The notes beneath the pieces were generated by a model. It was not told where the DNA came from, ran no database searches, and saw only the letters and a program-made list of their open reading frames with translations. The position numbers and the translations under genes are program-made. DNA of 64,000 bases from the NCBI GenBank assembly GCA_943372935.1, contig CALSAP010000015.1, forward strand, positions 1 through 64,000, read 5' to 3'. This stretch comes from Synechococcus sp. UW140. GTDB taxonomy: Bacteria > Cyanobacteriota > Cyanobacteriia > PCC-6307 > Cyanobiaceae. This document shows, in pieces, positions 1 through 8,553 of the stretch (positions are counted from its first letter, which is position 1; every line of letters begins with the position of its first letter).

Positions 1-155
1 TCTGGATCGACGGTTACTACAACCGTGAGCGCCGTCACTCAACGATCGGCTACCTCAGCCCTATCGACTACGAGCAGCAGTACATCGCTGCCCGTACACT
101 CACCACCGCGAGGCCCTGATCACTGTCCACCGAATCGGGGCAACCCCAGCTGCTG
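1..155 (+). mobile_element. Right end of an IS3-family insertion sequence (element continues off the window's left edge)
   Basis: Frame 3 of 3..119 encodes WIDGYYNRERRHSTIGYLSPIDYEQQY..., the conserved C-terminal integrase motif of IS3-family OrfB transposases, and ends at a TGA at 117-119. About 35 bp of terminal sequence follows before homology to a flotillin gene begins at about 158. Confidence 0.6.
3..119 (+). CDS. IS3-family transposase OrfB, C-terminal fragment (5' partial)
   Basis: Own translation of frame 3: YYNRERRHSxxGYLSPxxYE signature; stop at 117-119. Confidence 0.8.
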   Translation, partial: WIDGYYNRERRHSTIGYLSPIDYEQQYIAARTLTTARP

Positions 156-157
156 CC

Positions 158-331
158 ACCTTTGAGCAGGCGATAGCCGATCATCCGGGTGTCGTCCCCA
201 TCGCGACGACCACGCAGTCCGTAGAAGATCAGCACTTGATTGGGCTGGCATACGGCATAGAAAGAACGGAATCCGAGCAGGGCGATGATGCTGCCGCCGG
301 ACATCAGCAGAAGGGTAATCAGTGCTGTCAT
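158..331 (-). pseudogene. Flotillin (SPFH) paralog, N-terminal 58-codon fragment truncated by the IS3 insertion
   Basis: The first 58 aa of the 68..331 ORF (LLGFRSFYAVCQPNQVLIFYGLRGRRDGDDTRMIGYRLLKGG) are paralogous to the N-terminus of the adjacent flotillin (FCFPNSRPNQILVIAGRRHRRSDGQTVGYRVITGG). Similarity stops exactly where the IS3 end begins. The start codon overlaps the stop of the upstream flotillin (ATGA). Confidence 0.55.
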
Positions 332-1728
332 GGTGTGGTCTCGGAGGTGAAGGAGGGGAAAGAAGGCGCAGGGGGATTGAGGGTGCCGATCACATCGATC
401 CCGAAGATGTCGCGCACCGCATCAAGGAAGGTACGCATCACGGCGGGATAGAGGGCCACCAGTTCGGCCAGGGATTCAGCGTTGCCGAACTCCAGAACAG
501 AGATGCGGCCAAGCTTCAGCTGCTCCGGCAGCAGTGCCACCTCGCCGAGGATCGTTTCCAGTTGCTGGAGCAGGAAGATCGTGGCGGCGTCCTCGCCAGC
601 GTCCTTCCAGATCTCGGCCAGCCGGTCATTGACCAAGGCCGAGGCCTTGGCGTTCTCGGCGGTGGGAGCCGCGGCCCCCTTGGCCAGCCATTGATCCGCC
701 TCCTGCCGCGCCTGGGCCGGCAGCACGATGTCGGCCTCCAGACGCTTGCGCTCCAACTCCGAGCGCAGGGCCTGCAGAACCTGTTGGGCGCGGGCACGGG
801 CTTCGCCGGCCGCCGCTTCTACCCGTTCCTCCGCCGACTGGGCCTTCTGCTTGAGCTGCGCACGGATCGTGCGCAGCCCATTCTGCTTCTGCTGGATGAT
901 CGTGCGCGCCTGGGTGCAGGCCACCTCGGCCCGCTGCTGGGCTTCGGCCTCGCGCCGATCGGCATCCCCCAGGCCCTGCGCTTCGGCGATGGCTGCATCC
1001 AGCAGCACCTCAGCCAGCACGGCCCTGCCAAGGGAGTCGAGGTAGTCGACCTTGTCGGTGACCCGCAGGATCTTGAACGTGTCGAGGCGGATGCCGAGCT
1101 TGGCCATGTCGGGCTGCACGATTTCCGCCACCTGATGGGCGAAGCGCAGGCGGTCCTCATTGACCTGCTCCGGCGTGAGATTGGCCACCAGCGAGCGCAG
1201 GCTGCCCTCGAGGGTCTTGCGCGAAACCTGCACCAACTCTCCGCCGTCATGGTGGAGAAACCGCTCGATCGCATTGCCCACACGGGCAGGGTCTGTGTCG
1301 ATCTTGATGCTGGCGATCGCCTCCACATCGATCGGCGTGCCGCCCTTCGCGTAGGCGTTCTCCACATGGATCATCACCGGTGTGGTTCGCACATCCATCC
1401 AGCTGCGGGTTTCCAGGACCGGCAAAGCAAAGGCCCTGCCACCTGTGATCACGCGGTAGCCCACCGTCTGACCGTCGCTGCGGCGATGGCGGCGACCGGC
1501 GATCACAAGAATCTGGTTGGGACGGCTGTTGGGAAAACAGAAGCGGTAGCCAAGCCCCAGCACAAGGGCCAGGGCCAGCAGCAGACCCGGCACCAGATGG
1601 CTCTGGAGATTGGCCTCGATGCGGGGGATGCCGGGGGTGGTGCCAGGAGGAGCTCCGGGCACCTGGGCCACCAGCAGTGGGGGTTCAAAGCGTTGTGGAA
1701 GGGTCATGGTGCTGGAAAGTGAGAGCAA
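328..1728 (-). CDS. Flotillin-like SPFH/band-7 domain protein
   Basis: N-terminal TM segment, SPFH core (GYRVITGG...FALPVLE...) and a long Ala/Glu/Gln/Arg-rich coiled-coil region typical of bacterial flotillins (FloT/YqiK). The equally long + strand ORF 322..1722 is a low-complexity antisense artefact. Confidence 0.85.
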   Translation of the reverse strand: MLSLSSTMTLPQRFEPPLLVAQVPGAPPGTTPGIPRIEANLQSHLVPGLLLALALVLGLGYRFCFPNSRPNQILVIAGRRHRRSDGQTVGYRVITGGRAFALPVLETRSWMDVRTTPVMIHVENAYAKGGTPIDVEAIASIKIDTDPARVGNAIERFLHHDGGELVQVSRKTLEGSLRSLVANLTPEQVNEDRLRFAHQVAEIVQPDMAKLGIRLDTFKILRVTDKVDYLDSLGRAVLAEVLLDAAIAEAQGLGDADRREAEAQQRAEVACTQARTIIQQKQNGLRTIRAQLKQKAQSAEERVEAAAGEARARAQQVLQALRSELERKRLEADIVLPAQARQEADQWLAKGAAAPTAENAKASALVNDRLAEIWKDAGEDAATIFLLQQLETILGEVALLPEQLKLGRISVLEFGNAESLAELVALYPAVMRTFLDAVRDIFGIDVIGTLNPPAPSFPSFTSETTP

Positions 1729-1768
1729 AGGGTTGGGTTGACAGCTCGCGTGCCGGCGCGCTGAGGGG

Positions 1769-2095
1769 TCAGCGGCCCATCCCGGCCAGCGACGCCACCC
1801 ACACGTCGCTGCCCCTGCGTTGCAGCACCATCACCCGCAGGCCCCTGGGCAACGGCGTGTTGTTGCTGTAGGCGGGAACGTCCATCAGGGCGCCCCTCAC
1901 CGTCAGGCGAACCAGACCGCGCTCCTGGGCGCTGCAGGGGAGGACGACCACGCCCACCTGGCCGATGAAGTCGGCATCGGTGACGAGGCTGTTGCCCACC
2001 TGGATGGCGAGGGCACGCCGCCAGAACAGCAGCAGCGCCAGGACGGCCAGGCCGGCCATGACGCCGAGGGCAAGGGCCAGAAGGTGGTGGGCCAT
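1769..2095 (-). CDS. NfeD-like small membrane protein (flotillin-associated)
   Basis: 108 aa with an N-terminal hydrophobic segment and a C-terminal beta-rich region, lying immediately upstream of and co-directional with the flotillin. The NfeD-flotillin operon arrangement is established knowledge. Confidence 0.6.
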   Translation of the reverse strand: MAHHLLALALGVMAGLAVLALLLFWRRALAIQVGNSLVTDADFIGQVGVVVLPCSAQERGLVRLTVRGALMDVPAYSNNTPLPRGLRVMVLQRRGSDVWVASLAGMGR

Positions 2096-2161
2096 GGCTT
2101 CGAGGTGGATGGGGGCGATGCCCCCGTCAACGTCCGTTGGTTCCTGCCAGGGCCGGCTGAT

Positions 2162-3265
2162 TCAGCTGCCACTGCAACCGCCACCCCCACAGCTGCTGCC
2201 GCCCCCGGCGCCGCAATCACCTCCCCCCCAGCTGCTCCCAGCACCACAGCTGTCGCCGCTGCCAGCGCCGCCACCCCAAGTGCCGGCCCCGCCGCCGCCG
2301 CAGTTGCCGATCCCGACCGACCGCCAGCTGAGGGTCCAGAAGCACTGCCACACGTTGTGCCGCATCGCTGCGACAAGGCCAGGACATGGGGTGTAAGCCT
2401 TCGCCAGGCTGGCCAGGGCAGGCATGGTGGCGATCACGCCCATTCCCCCCAAAGCCACCAGGCGCAGCGGACAAGCGGGATCACCCCCTTCGAGAGCGGG
2501 CTGGGGATTTCCCCTGGCCTGGCGGTGAACCTCAGCCCGGCAGCGATGGCCAACGGGCGTCAGCCACTCGGACCGGGCCAGGCACACGGCTGGAAGCACC
2601 AGGCTTAGAGCCAGAAGCGCCAAGGTTCCCTCCATCGGCCCCTGTTTGGGAAACTGGCTCAGAGCCGCCACGGCTTCCAGCAGCAGCAGCTGCAACGGCA
2701 GCCAGGGGAGCATCAGCAGCAGCAGTCGTCGCCGCTGCTGGCCGCGCGTCCGCCGCAGACCGTTCGCCTGCAGCGACCGGTTCAGGGCCGTGAGCTCCGA
2801 CACCACCGTGTTCGACCGCAGCAGTCGCTCCATCTGCATGGCGCGGTCCACGAAGCCTCGATGCCGGCTCAGATGGTGGGCACGGTCCGACGGCCCGCCG
2901 CGGCCGGACTCGTGGTGCAGCGGCCGGCCAAGCACCACGGGGCAGAACTCTTCCCAGTAGCGCCTCGAATCGATCAGGTGCAGGTGCCATGCCGCATCCA
3001 CTGCCCTCGAGGGCGTCACGGCAGCGTCGGCCACCACCGCCAGATAGACGAAGCGTCGGTACTCCTCCACCACCCGGCTGGCCTTCCCCAGCGGCCAGCG
3101 CTGAGCGCTGGCCAGGCGCCGCTCGAAGGGATGGGCCGCCGGGGTGGGATCAAATCGGTAGCGCTGCAGCCGCTCCCACAGGCAGGAATCGCCGCCAGGA
3201 AAGATGGATGGGGTCATGGCCGTCGACGCGGAAGGAGCACAACGCCCTCGGGGGGTGGGGGGCAT
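2162..3265 (-). CDS. GRDP/DUF1399-like protein with an internal hydrophobic segment and a C-terminal Gly/Cys-rich tail
   Basis: DAAWHLHLIDSRRYWEEF matches the D..WHTH.L.P..Y motif recalled for glycine-rich-domain proteins (DUF1399). The C-terminus is GGGGAGTWGGGAGSGDSCGAGSSWGGGDCGAGGGSSCGGGGCSGS. Same strand as the NfeD/flotillin genes. Confidence 0.5.
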   Translation of the reverse strand: MPPTPRGRCAPSASTAMTPSIFPGGDSCLWERLQRYRFDPTPAAHPFERRLASAQRWPLGKASRVVEEYRRFVYLAVVADAAVTPSRAVDAAWHLHLIDSRRYWEEFCPVVLGRPLHHESGRGGPSDRAHHLSRHRGFVDRAMQMERLLRSNTVVSELTALNRSLQANGLRRTRGQQRRRLLLLMLPWLPLQLLLLEAVAALSQFPKQGPMEGTLALLALSLVLPAVCLARSEWLTPVGHRCRAEVHRQARGNPQPALEGGDPACPLRLVALGGMGVIATMPALASLAKAYTPCPGLVAAMRHNVWQCFWTLSWRSVGIGNCGGGGAGTWGGGAGSGDSCGAGSSWGGGDCGAGGGSSCGGGGCSGS

Positions 3266-3484
3266 TTCTGCCTTCGTTCCACGCTTGCCGCCGTGATTCA
3301 GCCGGGGCCCAGGCCTGGATCCTGGAGCAGATCAGCCGCCTGACCGAAGCGTTCACGACCGGCGAAGCGGACCTGCATGGCTGGGGATGGCACGGGGAAG
3401 CTCTGCTCTGGGGGCAGCCTGTTGACCGCCTCTACCCTGACTAGATTCAGGCCCGCGACGAAATCGCCCCATTCCAGGGCCTGC

Positions 3485-3775
3485 ATGGTGCTTGCCAACC
3501 CCTCCGACGCCGCGGCCGCCCCGACCACCGGCAGCGCCCACGCCGGGACCAGCCCCAGCAGCCCGTCGACCGTGGCCGACAGCAGCCGCCTCTACGGCCT
3601 GGAGGGCTGGGGCGATCCCTACTTCACGGCGAATGCCCGGGGCCACGTGATGGTGCAGCCCCGCGGCGACCGGGGCGGGTCCCTCGATCTGGTGGAGCTG
3701 GTGCGGGAGCTGCAAGGCCGCGATCTCACCCTGCCCCCTCAGATGCGCTGCGACGACATCGTCGAAGACCAGCTC
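3485..3775 (+). pseudogene. Duplicated 5' fragment (about 97 codons) of arginine decarboxylase speA
   Basis: The translation (MVLANPSD...SRLYGLEGWGDPYFTANARGHVMVQPRGDRGGSLDLVELVRELQGRDLTLPPQMRCDDIVEDQL) aligns residue by residue with the N-terminus of the intact speA at 14228 (LYGLDRWGDPYFGVGARGNVMVQPRGERGGSLDLVELVRELQGRDLSLPLLIRFDDILEDRL). Nucleotide identity is about 85-90% over roughly 170 bp. Homology ends abruptly at 3775. Confidence 0.75.
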
Positions 3776-3776
3776 A

Positions 3777-4471
3777 TCAGAGCAGCAATCCGCGCCGCTG
3801 CAGGGGTTCCAGATCGACGATGCCCCAACCGCCCCCGTCCAGGTCCTCCACGATGCCCTGGCTTCGCAGTCTGCTGAGGGTCCGTGAGGCCGTTTCCCTG
3901 GCCAGACCGGCGAGAAGAGCCAGCTCACGCTGGGGCAGGGGGGGATCGATGCCGTGGCATCGGCGCCCGGGGCGCTGTGGCAGGCCAGATCCAGAAGCAC
4001 GGCCAGCATCCTGGTGGTGGCATCGGCGGTACGCAAGGTGAGTCGGCGGCTGAGGCTCTGCAGACGTTGAACTTCCAGGCGTGCCAGGGCAAGGCACAGC
4101 GCCGGGGACGTGTCCAACAGACGGCGGAACGGCCCGGCACGCAGGATCAGAACCTCGCAGGGGGTGAGCGTCACCACATCGGCGATGCGGCGGCCGGCAT
4201 GCAGCACCGCCATCTCTCCGCAGATGTCGCCGGGCCCGAGGAGCGACAGCACCACCTCGTCGCCGCCCACCCCGAAGCTGCGCACCTTGGCAAGGCCGGC
4301 GCCGATCAGCAACAGACCCTGCGACGCATCCTGCTCCAGCAACAGCAGCTGGTCTGCTGCGAAGGACAGCAGCCGATGCTGCTCGAGCAGCTGTTGACGC
4401 TCCGCCTCAGCCAGGTCGGCGAACAGCACCACACGGTCGAGGTGATCGTCACGCTCAGGACCGGTGGGCAT
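3777..4471 (-). pseudogene. Crp/Fnr-family transcription regulator (cNMP-binding domain plus HTH), frameshifted
   Basis: The cNMP-binding domain (GPGDICGEMAVLHAGRRIADVVTLTPCEVLILRAGPF...) reads in one frame from the ATG at 4469-4471. The DNA-binding HTH (PLPQRELALLAGLARETASRTLSRLRSQGIVEDLDG, ORF 3777..4097) is in another frame. The switch lies around 3950-3990, near a C7 run. Confidence 0.7.
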
Positions 4472-4567
4472 GGAACGCTCCGGCGCTGAATCAGCCAAAT
4501 GGACACCCTGGCTCCCATCCTGAAGGCCATGAGGCCAGGGCGCCCAAAACGATCGGGGGCCTGAGCC

Positions 4568-4583
4568 TGTGAGCGATGTCACA
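4568..4583. promoter_or_regulatory. Perfect CRP-type palindrome TGTGA-gcgatg-TCACA in the divergent crp / tpsA-1 intergenic region
   Basis: Seen directly: tgtgagcgatgtcaca at 4568-4583. It sits about 53 bp upstream of the tpsA-1 ATG (4637) and about 97 bp upstream of the divergent crp start (4471). It matches the established CRP/SyCRP consensus TGTGA-N6-TCACA. Confidence 0.5.
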
Positions 4584-4636
4584 GCAAAGGCGATCCTGCT
4601 TCGCTTCAATGACAAATCTAGGGCGAGCCTGGCTCC

Positions 4637-7600
4637 ATGACGCAGCCGCCACGATCAGCATGGCAGGCATCGACAGCATGCCGGAAAGCCACCCGGATCC
4701 TGGCGCTGGTGCTGGCTCCCCTGCTCGCCGGTCCGGCAGGGGCCCAGGTGTCGAGCGGTGGCCTGGGCACGCTGGTCAACGGCTCGGCGGAAAGCAGTTG
4801 CGGATCCGGCGCCTGTCGCGTGGAGGGCGGCACGGCCGCGGGCGCCAACCTGTTTCATCGCTTCCGGCAGTTCGACACCCGCGGTGGCATCAGCGGCGTC
4901 AGCATTGACAGCCGCGGGCTGGCCAATGTGATCGTGGGGGTGACCAACCCGGCTGGCACCTTCCTCAACCGGCCCCTGAGCCTGACCCAACAGGCCAACC
5001 TCTTCTGGCTCTCCCCTGGAGGCATCTGGGTGGGTCCCGGAGCAGACCTGGTGCGCGTGTCGAACCTGCTGCTCACCACGGCCACGGCGCTGCCGCTGGA
5101 GGGAGGTGCCACCTTCGACGCCCTGCGGACCACGGCGCAGGAAGCCTCCGGCTACCCGGGCGCGCCGTCAACGGGCTGGACCACCCTCACCTCCCTGGCC
5201 AGCCTGGCCGACCTGGGGCTGAAGGAACCCGGCCCGATCGTGCTGGCTGGCGGCCGGCTCAGGGTGGATCGGTCCCTGGTCCTGGATGGCGCCAACGGCG
5301 ACGTGCGGTCGCTGACGGGTGCGGGAAGCCGACTCGAAGCCGGCGAACGTGTGCGTCTCAGCGGTCGGGCCCTGGATCTCGACGCTCTCACAATCTCGGC
5401 GGGTGAGCCCGGGCAGCGGGGGCCGGTGATCCTCCAGACCACCAGCAGCGCAACCGGCGAGGACAGCGGGGCGATCCGCCTCTCGAACAGCCACCTGGAG
5501 GGGAGCAAGGTCATCCTCCGGGCCGGGGCGGTGACGGTGGCCGGCAGCACACTGGCGGCACCCAAGGGTGTGATCCGGCTGGAGAGCACCAACACCCGTG
5601 GGGACAACGGGATCCTGCTCCGCAACGCCCGTCTCGATGTAGGGGTGCACACCCTTGAGGATCTGCGCGCGGACGGATCGGTCACCGTCGAGAAGCAGGA
5701 TGGCGCCATCGTGCGCCAGTCGGCGCCCACACCTCTGATCCATCTGTTCTCCCAGGGAGATGTGCAGGTGGAGGCCGACTCCACCCTCACGGCCAGCCAG
5801 GATCTGGGGCCGATCCGGGCGGCGCTGCTCAAAGAGACGGGGGCGTCCCTGGCCGAGGGCGACGTGAAGCTTGCGGGCACCAGCGGCAACGTGGTGCTCG
5901 ATGCCGCTGGAAGGATCGGCGTGAGCCGCAGCAGGCTGGTGGCCGATGCCAGCGACAACCTGGCCGGCAACATCGCCCTGGTGGCCAGGGGCGGCGAGGG
6001 CAGAGGCGGCATCGGCATCGAGCGCAGCACGCTCTCGGCCAGCGGCGGCGCCGGATCGGGCGATATCCGGCTGAGCAGCAGCGACGGGATCACGATCACC
6101 GGCGCCACGCTGCGCACCGAGAGCAGCCACGGCCCGGGATCCCGTGAGGGCGGCATCGACTGGGCAACCGGCTATCCCTTTGCAGCCGGGGAGATCACTC
6201 TCAGCAATGATTCCCCGACCCGGCCCGTGCTGATCAACGGAAGCCGGCTCGAAGCCACCTACCACACCCGTGAGGGTGGGCTGCCGGTGGGTTTTCCCAA
6301 CCCAGACGATGGGGGCACGACGCAGGTTCCTTTCGTGGACCTTCACGATGATCGCGATCTGATCGAGCTCAGCTTCGACCAGACCCTGGATCCACCCAGG
6401 CTCGCCGGCATCTTTCCCCGCAGCACGGTGGCCATCATCAGCGCGGGTGGCATCTCCATCTCGAACGGGTCGACACTCGATGCCGGCAGCCATCCCGCAG
6501 GCAGACCCGACCTCCTCGAGGCCTTAGGAGGCCGGGTGCTGGTCGTGAACACCGGCACGGGGCTGGGAGCCGGCGCCCTGAGCATCACGGACTCCACGCT
6601 CCTGAGCCGGGTGGACAGCGCCAGCGGCATCCGCTTCCCCAACCCGGAATTCCCGGACTCTTCTGCGCAGGAGAGCCTGCCGATCGGCGAGCCGGGCAGC
6701 GTGCAGCTCTGGAGCGCCGGCTCCCTGCGCCTGAGCAACAGCTCCGTGGATGTGGGCGATGCCGGCCGGATCATCCGTGCCGGTGATGCCATCGGCCCAC
6801 CCCCTTCGCCCGTGCGAGACCCCTATGCGCCCCCCGGGAGCCCGGATCCCCCCACCGCCCAGGCCATCCTGGAGCGGCTCGCCCTTGACAGCCGGGGCGT
6901 GGGGGAGAGCGCGAGACAGACGGTGATCGTGGATCCCGATAACCGGGTGAAGGTGGTGACCACCGATCCTGATGGCGGAATCACGGTGCTGCGCGATCCG
7001 AGCCCTCAGCTCCTCACGACCTTGGTAGGGGAGGCGCGGGCAGCCCTGCTCCCCCGCGGTCTGCTGACACCCCCGCTGATCGTCGCGGCCGGCCCCGGCG
7101 TCGGCCCAGCCGACAGCAGCCGGATCATCACCCCGCTGCGGCGGGAGTCCACCGCGCCGGCTCTCGCCACCAGCAGCATCGTCTCCATGCCCATCTCGGT
7201 CTCAAGCCTGGAAGCGGCGGAGGCCAGCCGAGCTTTCGCGCACGCGGAGGAGCGCTCCCGGCAGGAGACCATCGCTGGCCTGGGATTGGAGGCAGGACAA
7301 GCAACGGCGCCACCCAACAGCGAACAACTGCAACGGCAGCTGCAGCGCATCAGTGCTGCCCTCTCCCAGCCCAGTCAGCACAGGGCGACCTCCTACCGGC
7401 CGGCCATCGTGTTGCTCAACCTCAGCCGACGCGCCGGGGCGGACGCCGCCCTGGATCTTCTCTACCTGCCCCCCAGCGGCCCGATGAAGGGGTGGCGCGT
7501 GGAGATGCCGGAAGCGCAGCTGAGGGGTTGGATCACCACCTTCCAGCGACAGCTCAGTCGCATGGAGCCGTTCGATGGCAGCAGCCAAGGTGCAGGTCGC

Positions 7601-8497
7601 CAGCTCTCCAACCATCTGTTCACCCCCCTGCTGCCGACGTTGCGGCACGACGGCATCACGGCCCTGCTGCTCAGCGTGGACCGGGGGCTGCAGGCCATTC
7701 CCTATGCGGCCCTGCCTCTGGACGAAGGACGCCCCCTGGGTGAGGCCTTCTCCCTCACCCTTACCCCTTCCCTGGGCCTCACGGCACTCGATGCGGCGTC
7801 GAACCCGTCCGCAGGCCGCATGTTGCTGGCCGGTACCAGCCGCTTCCGCAACGGGCTTGCCGATCTGCCCCTGGTCCGTCAGGAACTGGAAACGTTGGCA
7901 GCCGAGCATCCCGCCGACATGCTGCTCGACGACGCCTTCAGCAGCGCGGCCCTGCTGGACCAGGCCGGACGCCGCGAGTACCGGCGCGTGCACCTGGCCA
8001 GCCATGCCGAGTTCCGCCCTGGCCACCCCCCCATCGCCCGGCTCTTCACCGCCACAGGCGACGTGAACATCACCCAGCTGGGACGGCGCCTGCAGAGCGA
8101 TCCGGCCAGGGGGAACGTGGATCTGGTGAGCCTGAGTGCCTGCCGCACCGCCCTGGGTGACGAGAGCAGCGAACTGGGGCTGGTCGGCCTTGCCCTGCGC
8201 ACCGGCAGCCGCAGCGGCCTGGGCACCCTCTGGTTCGTGGACGATGCCGCCAGCGCCGCCTTCTTCGTGCACTTCTACCGCCAGCTGGCCCGGGGCCTGC
8301 CCAAGGACGAGGCTCTCCAGTCCACCCGAAGGGCGTTCCGAAGCGGGGAGATCCGGGTCAGGGGCGACAGCCTGGTGGGCCCCGATGGCAGCCACCTGAT
8401 CCAGGGCCTGTCTCCGGGCGACAGGGCGCGCTTCGCCGAGGGCCTGAGCCATCCCTACTTCTGGGCCGGGGTGGTTCTCTCCGGCTCACCCTGGTAG
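4637..8497 (+). CDS. TpsA-type secreted exoprotein: N-terminal TPS (hemagglutination-activity) domain, beta-helical repeats and a C-terminal CHAT (caspase-like) domain
   Basis: Signal-like N-terminus. TPS motifs: [21 protein letters not shown] and ANLFWLSPGGIWVG (the NPNGI-type motif). The C-terminal CHAT signature has His (VHLASHAEF) and Cys ([13 protein letters not shown]) plus GLVGLALRTGSRSGLGTLWFVDD. Confidence 0.9.
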   Translation: MTQPPRSAWQASTACRKATRILALVLAPLLAGPAGAQVSSGGLGTLVNGSAESSCGSGACRVEGGTAAGANLFHRFRQFDTRGGISGVSIDSRGLANVIVGVTNPAGTFLNRPLSLTQQANLFWLSPGGIWVGPGADLVRVSNLLLTTATALPLEGGATFDALRTTAQEASGYPGAPSTGWTTLTSLASLADLGLKEPGPIVLAGGRLRVDRSLVLDGANGDVRSLTGAGSRLEAGERVRLSGRALDLDALTISAGEPGQRGPVILQTTSSATGEDSGAIRLSNSHLEGSKVILRAGAVTVAGSTLAAPKGVIRLESTNTRGDNGILLRNARLDVGVHTLEDLRADGSVTVEKQDGAIVRQSAPTPLIHLFSQGDVQVEADSTLTASQDLGPIRAALLKETGASLAEGDVKLAGTSGNVVLDAAGRIGVSRSRLVADASDNLAGNIALVARGGEGRGGIGIERSTLSASGGAGSGDIRLSSSDGITITGATLRTESSHGPGSREGGIDWATGYPFAAGEITLSNDSPTRPVLINGSRLEATYHTREGGLPVGFPNPDDGGTTQVPFVDLHDDRDLIELSFDQTLDPPRLAGIFPRSTVAIISAGGISISNGSTLDAGSHPAGRPDLLEALGGRVLVVNTGTGLGAGALSITDSTLLSRVDSASGIRFPNPEFPDSSAQESLPIGEPGSVQLWSAGSLRLSNSSVDVGDAGRIIRAGDAIGPPPSPVRDPYAPPGSPDPPTAQAILERLALDSRGVGESARQTVIVDPDNRVKVVTTDPDGGITVLRDPSPQLLTTLVGEARAALLPRGLLTPPLIVAAGPGVGPADSSRIITPLRRESTAPALATSSIVSMPISVSSLEAAEASRAFAHAEERSRQETIAGLGLEAGQATAPPNSEQLQRQLQRISAALSQPSQHRATSYRPAIVLLNLSRRAGADAALDLLYLPPSGPMKGWRVEMPEAQLRGWITTFQRQLSRMEPFDGSSQGAGRQLSNHLFTPLLPTLRHDGITALLLSVDRGLQAIPYAALPLDEGRPLGEAFSLTLTPSLGLTALDAASNPSAGRMLLAGTSRFRNGLADLPLVRQELETLAAEHPADMLLDDAFSSAALLDQAGRREYRRVHLASHAEFRPGHPPIARLFTATGDVNITQLGRRLQSDPARGNVDLVSLSACRTALGDESSELGLVGLALRTGSRSGLGTLWFVDDAASAAFFVHFYRQLARGLPKDEALQSTRRAFRSGEIRVRGDSLVGPDGSHLIQGLSPGDRARFAEGLSHPYFWAGVVLSGSPW

Positions 8498-8553
8498 CGC
8501 TTCTCTCCTGCCGCGAGATCCGCAGTCCCCAACGTTCCGCTGCCCCAACCGCG

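Noticed and set aside
322-1722. 466-aa + strand ORF mirroring the flotillin gene
   Set aside because: It is antisense to a recognisable SPFH/flotillin protein. The product is low-complexity (G/R/A/L-rich) with no domain signature, a typical high-GC shadow ORF.
5168-8452. Long minus-strand ORFs (5168..6493, 5152..6156, 7202..8452) inside tpsA-1
   Set aside because: They are antisense to a gene with clear TPS and CHAT domains. Their translations are Ala/Arg/Gly/Pro-rich without motifs.
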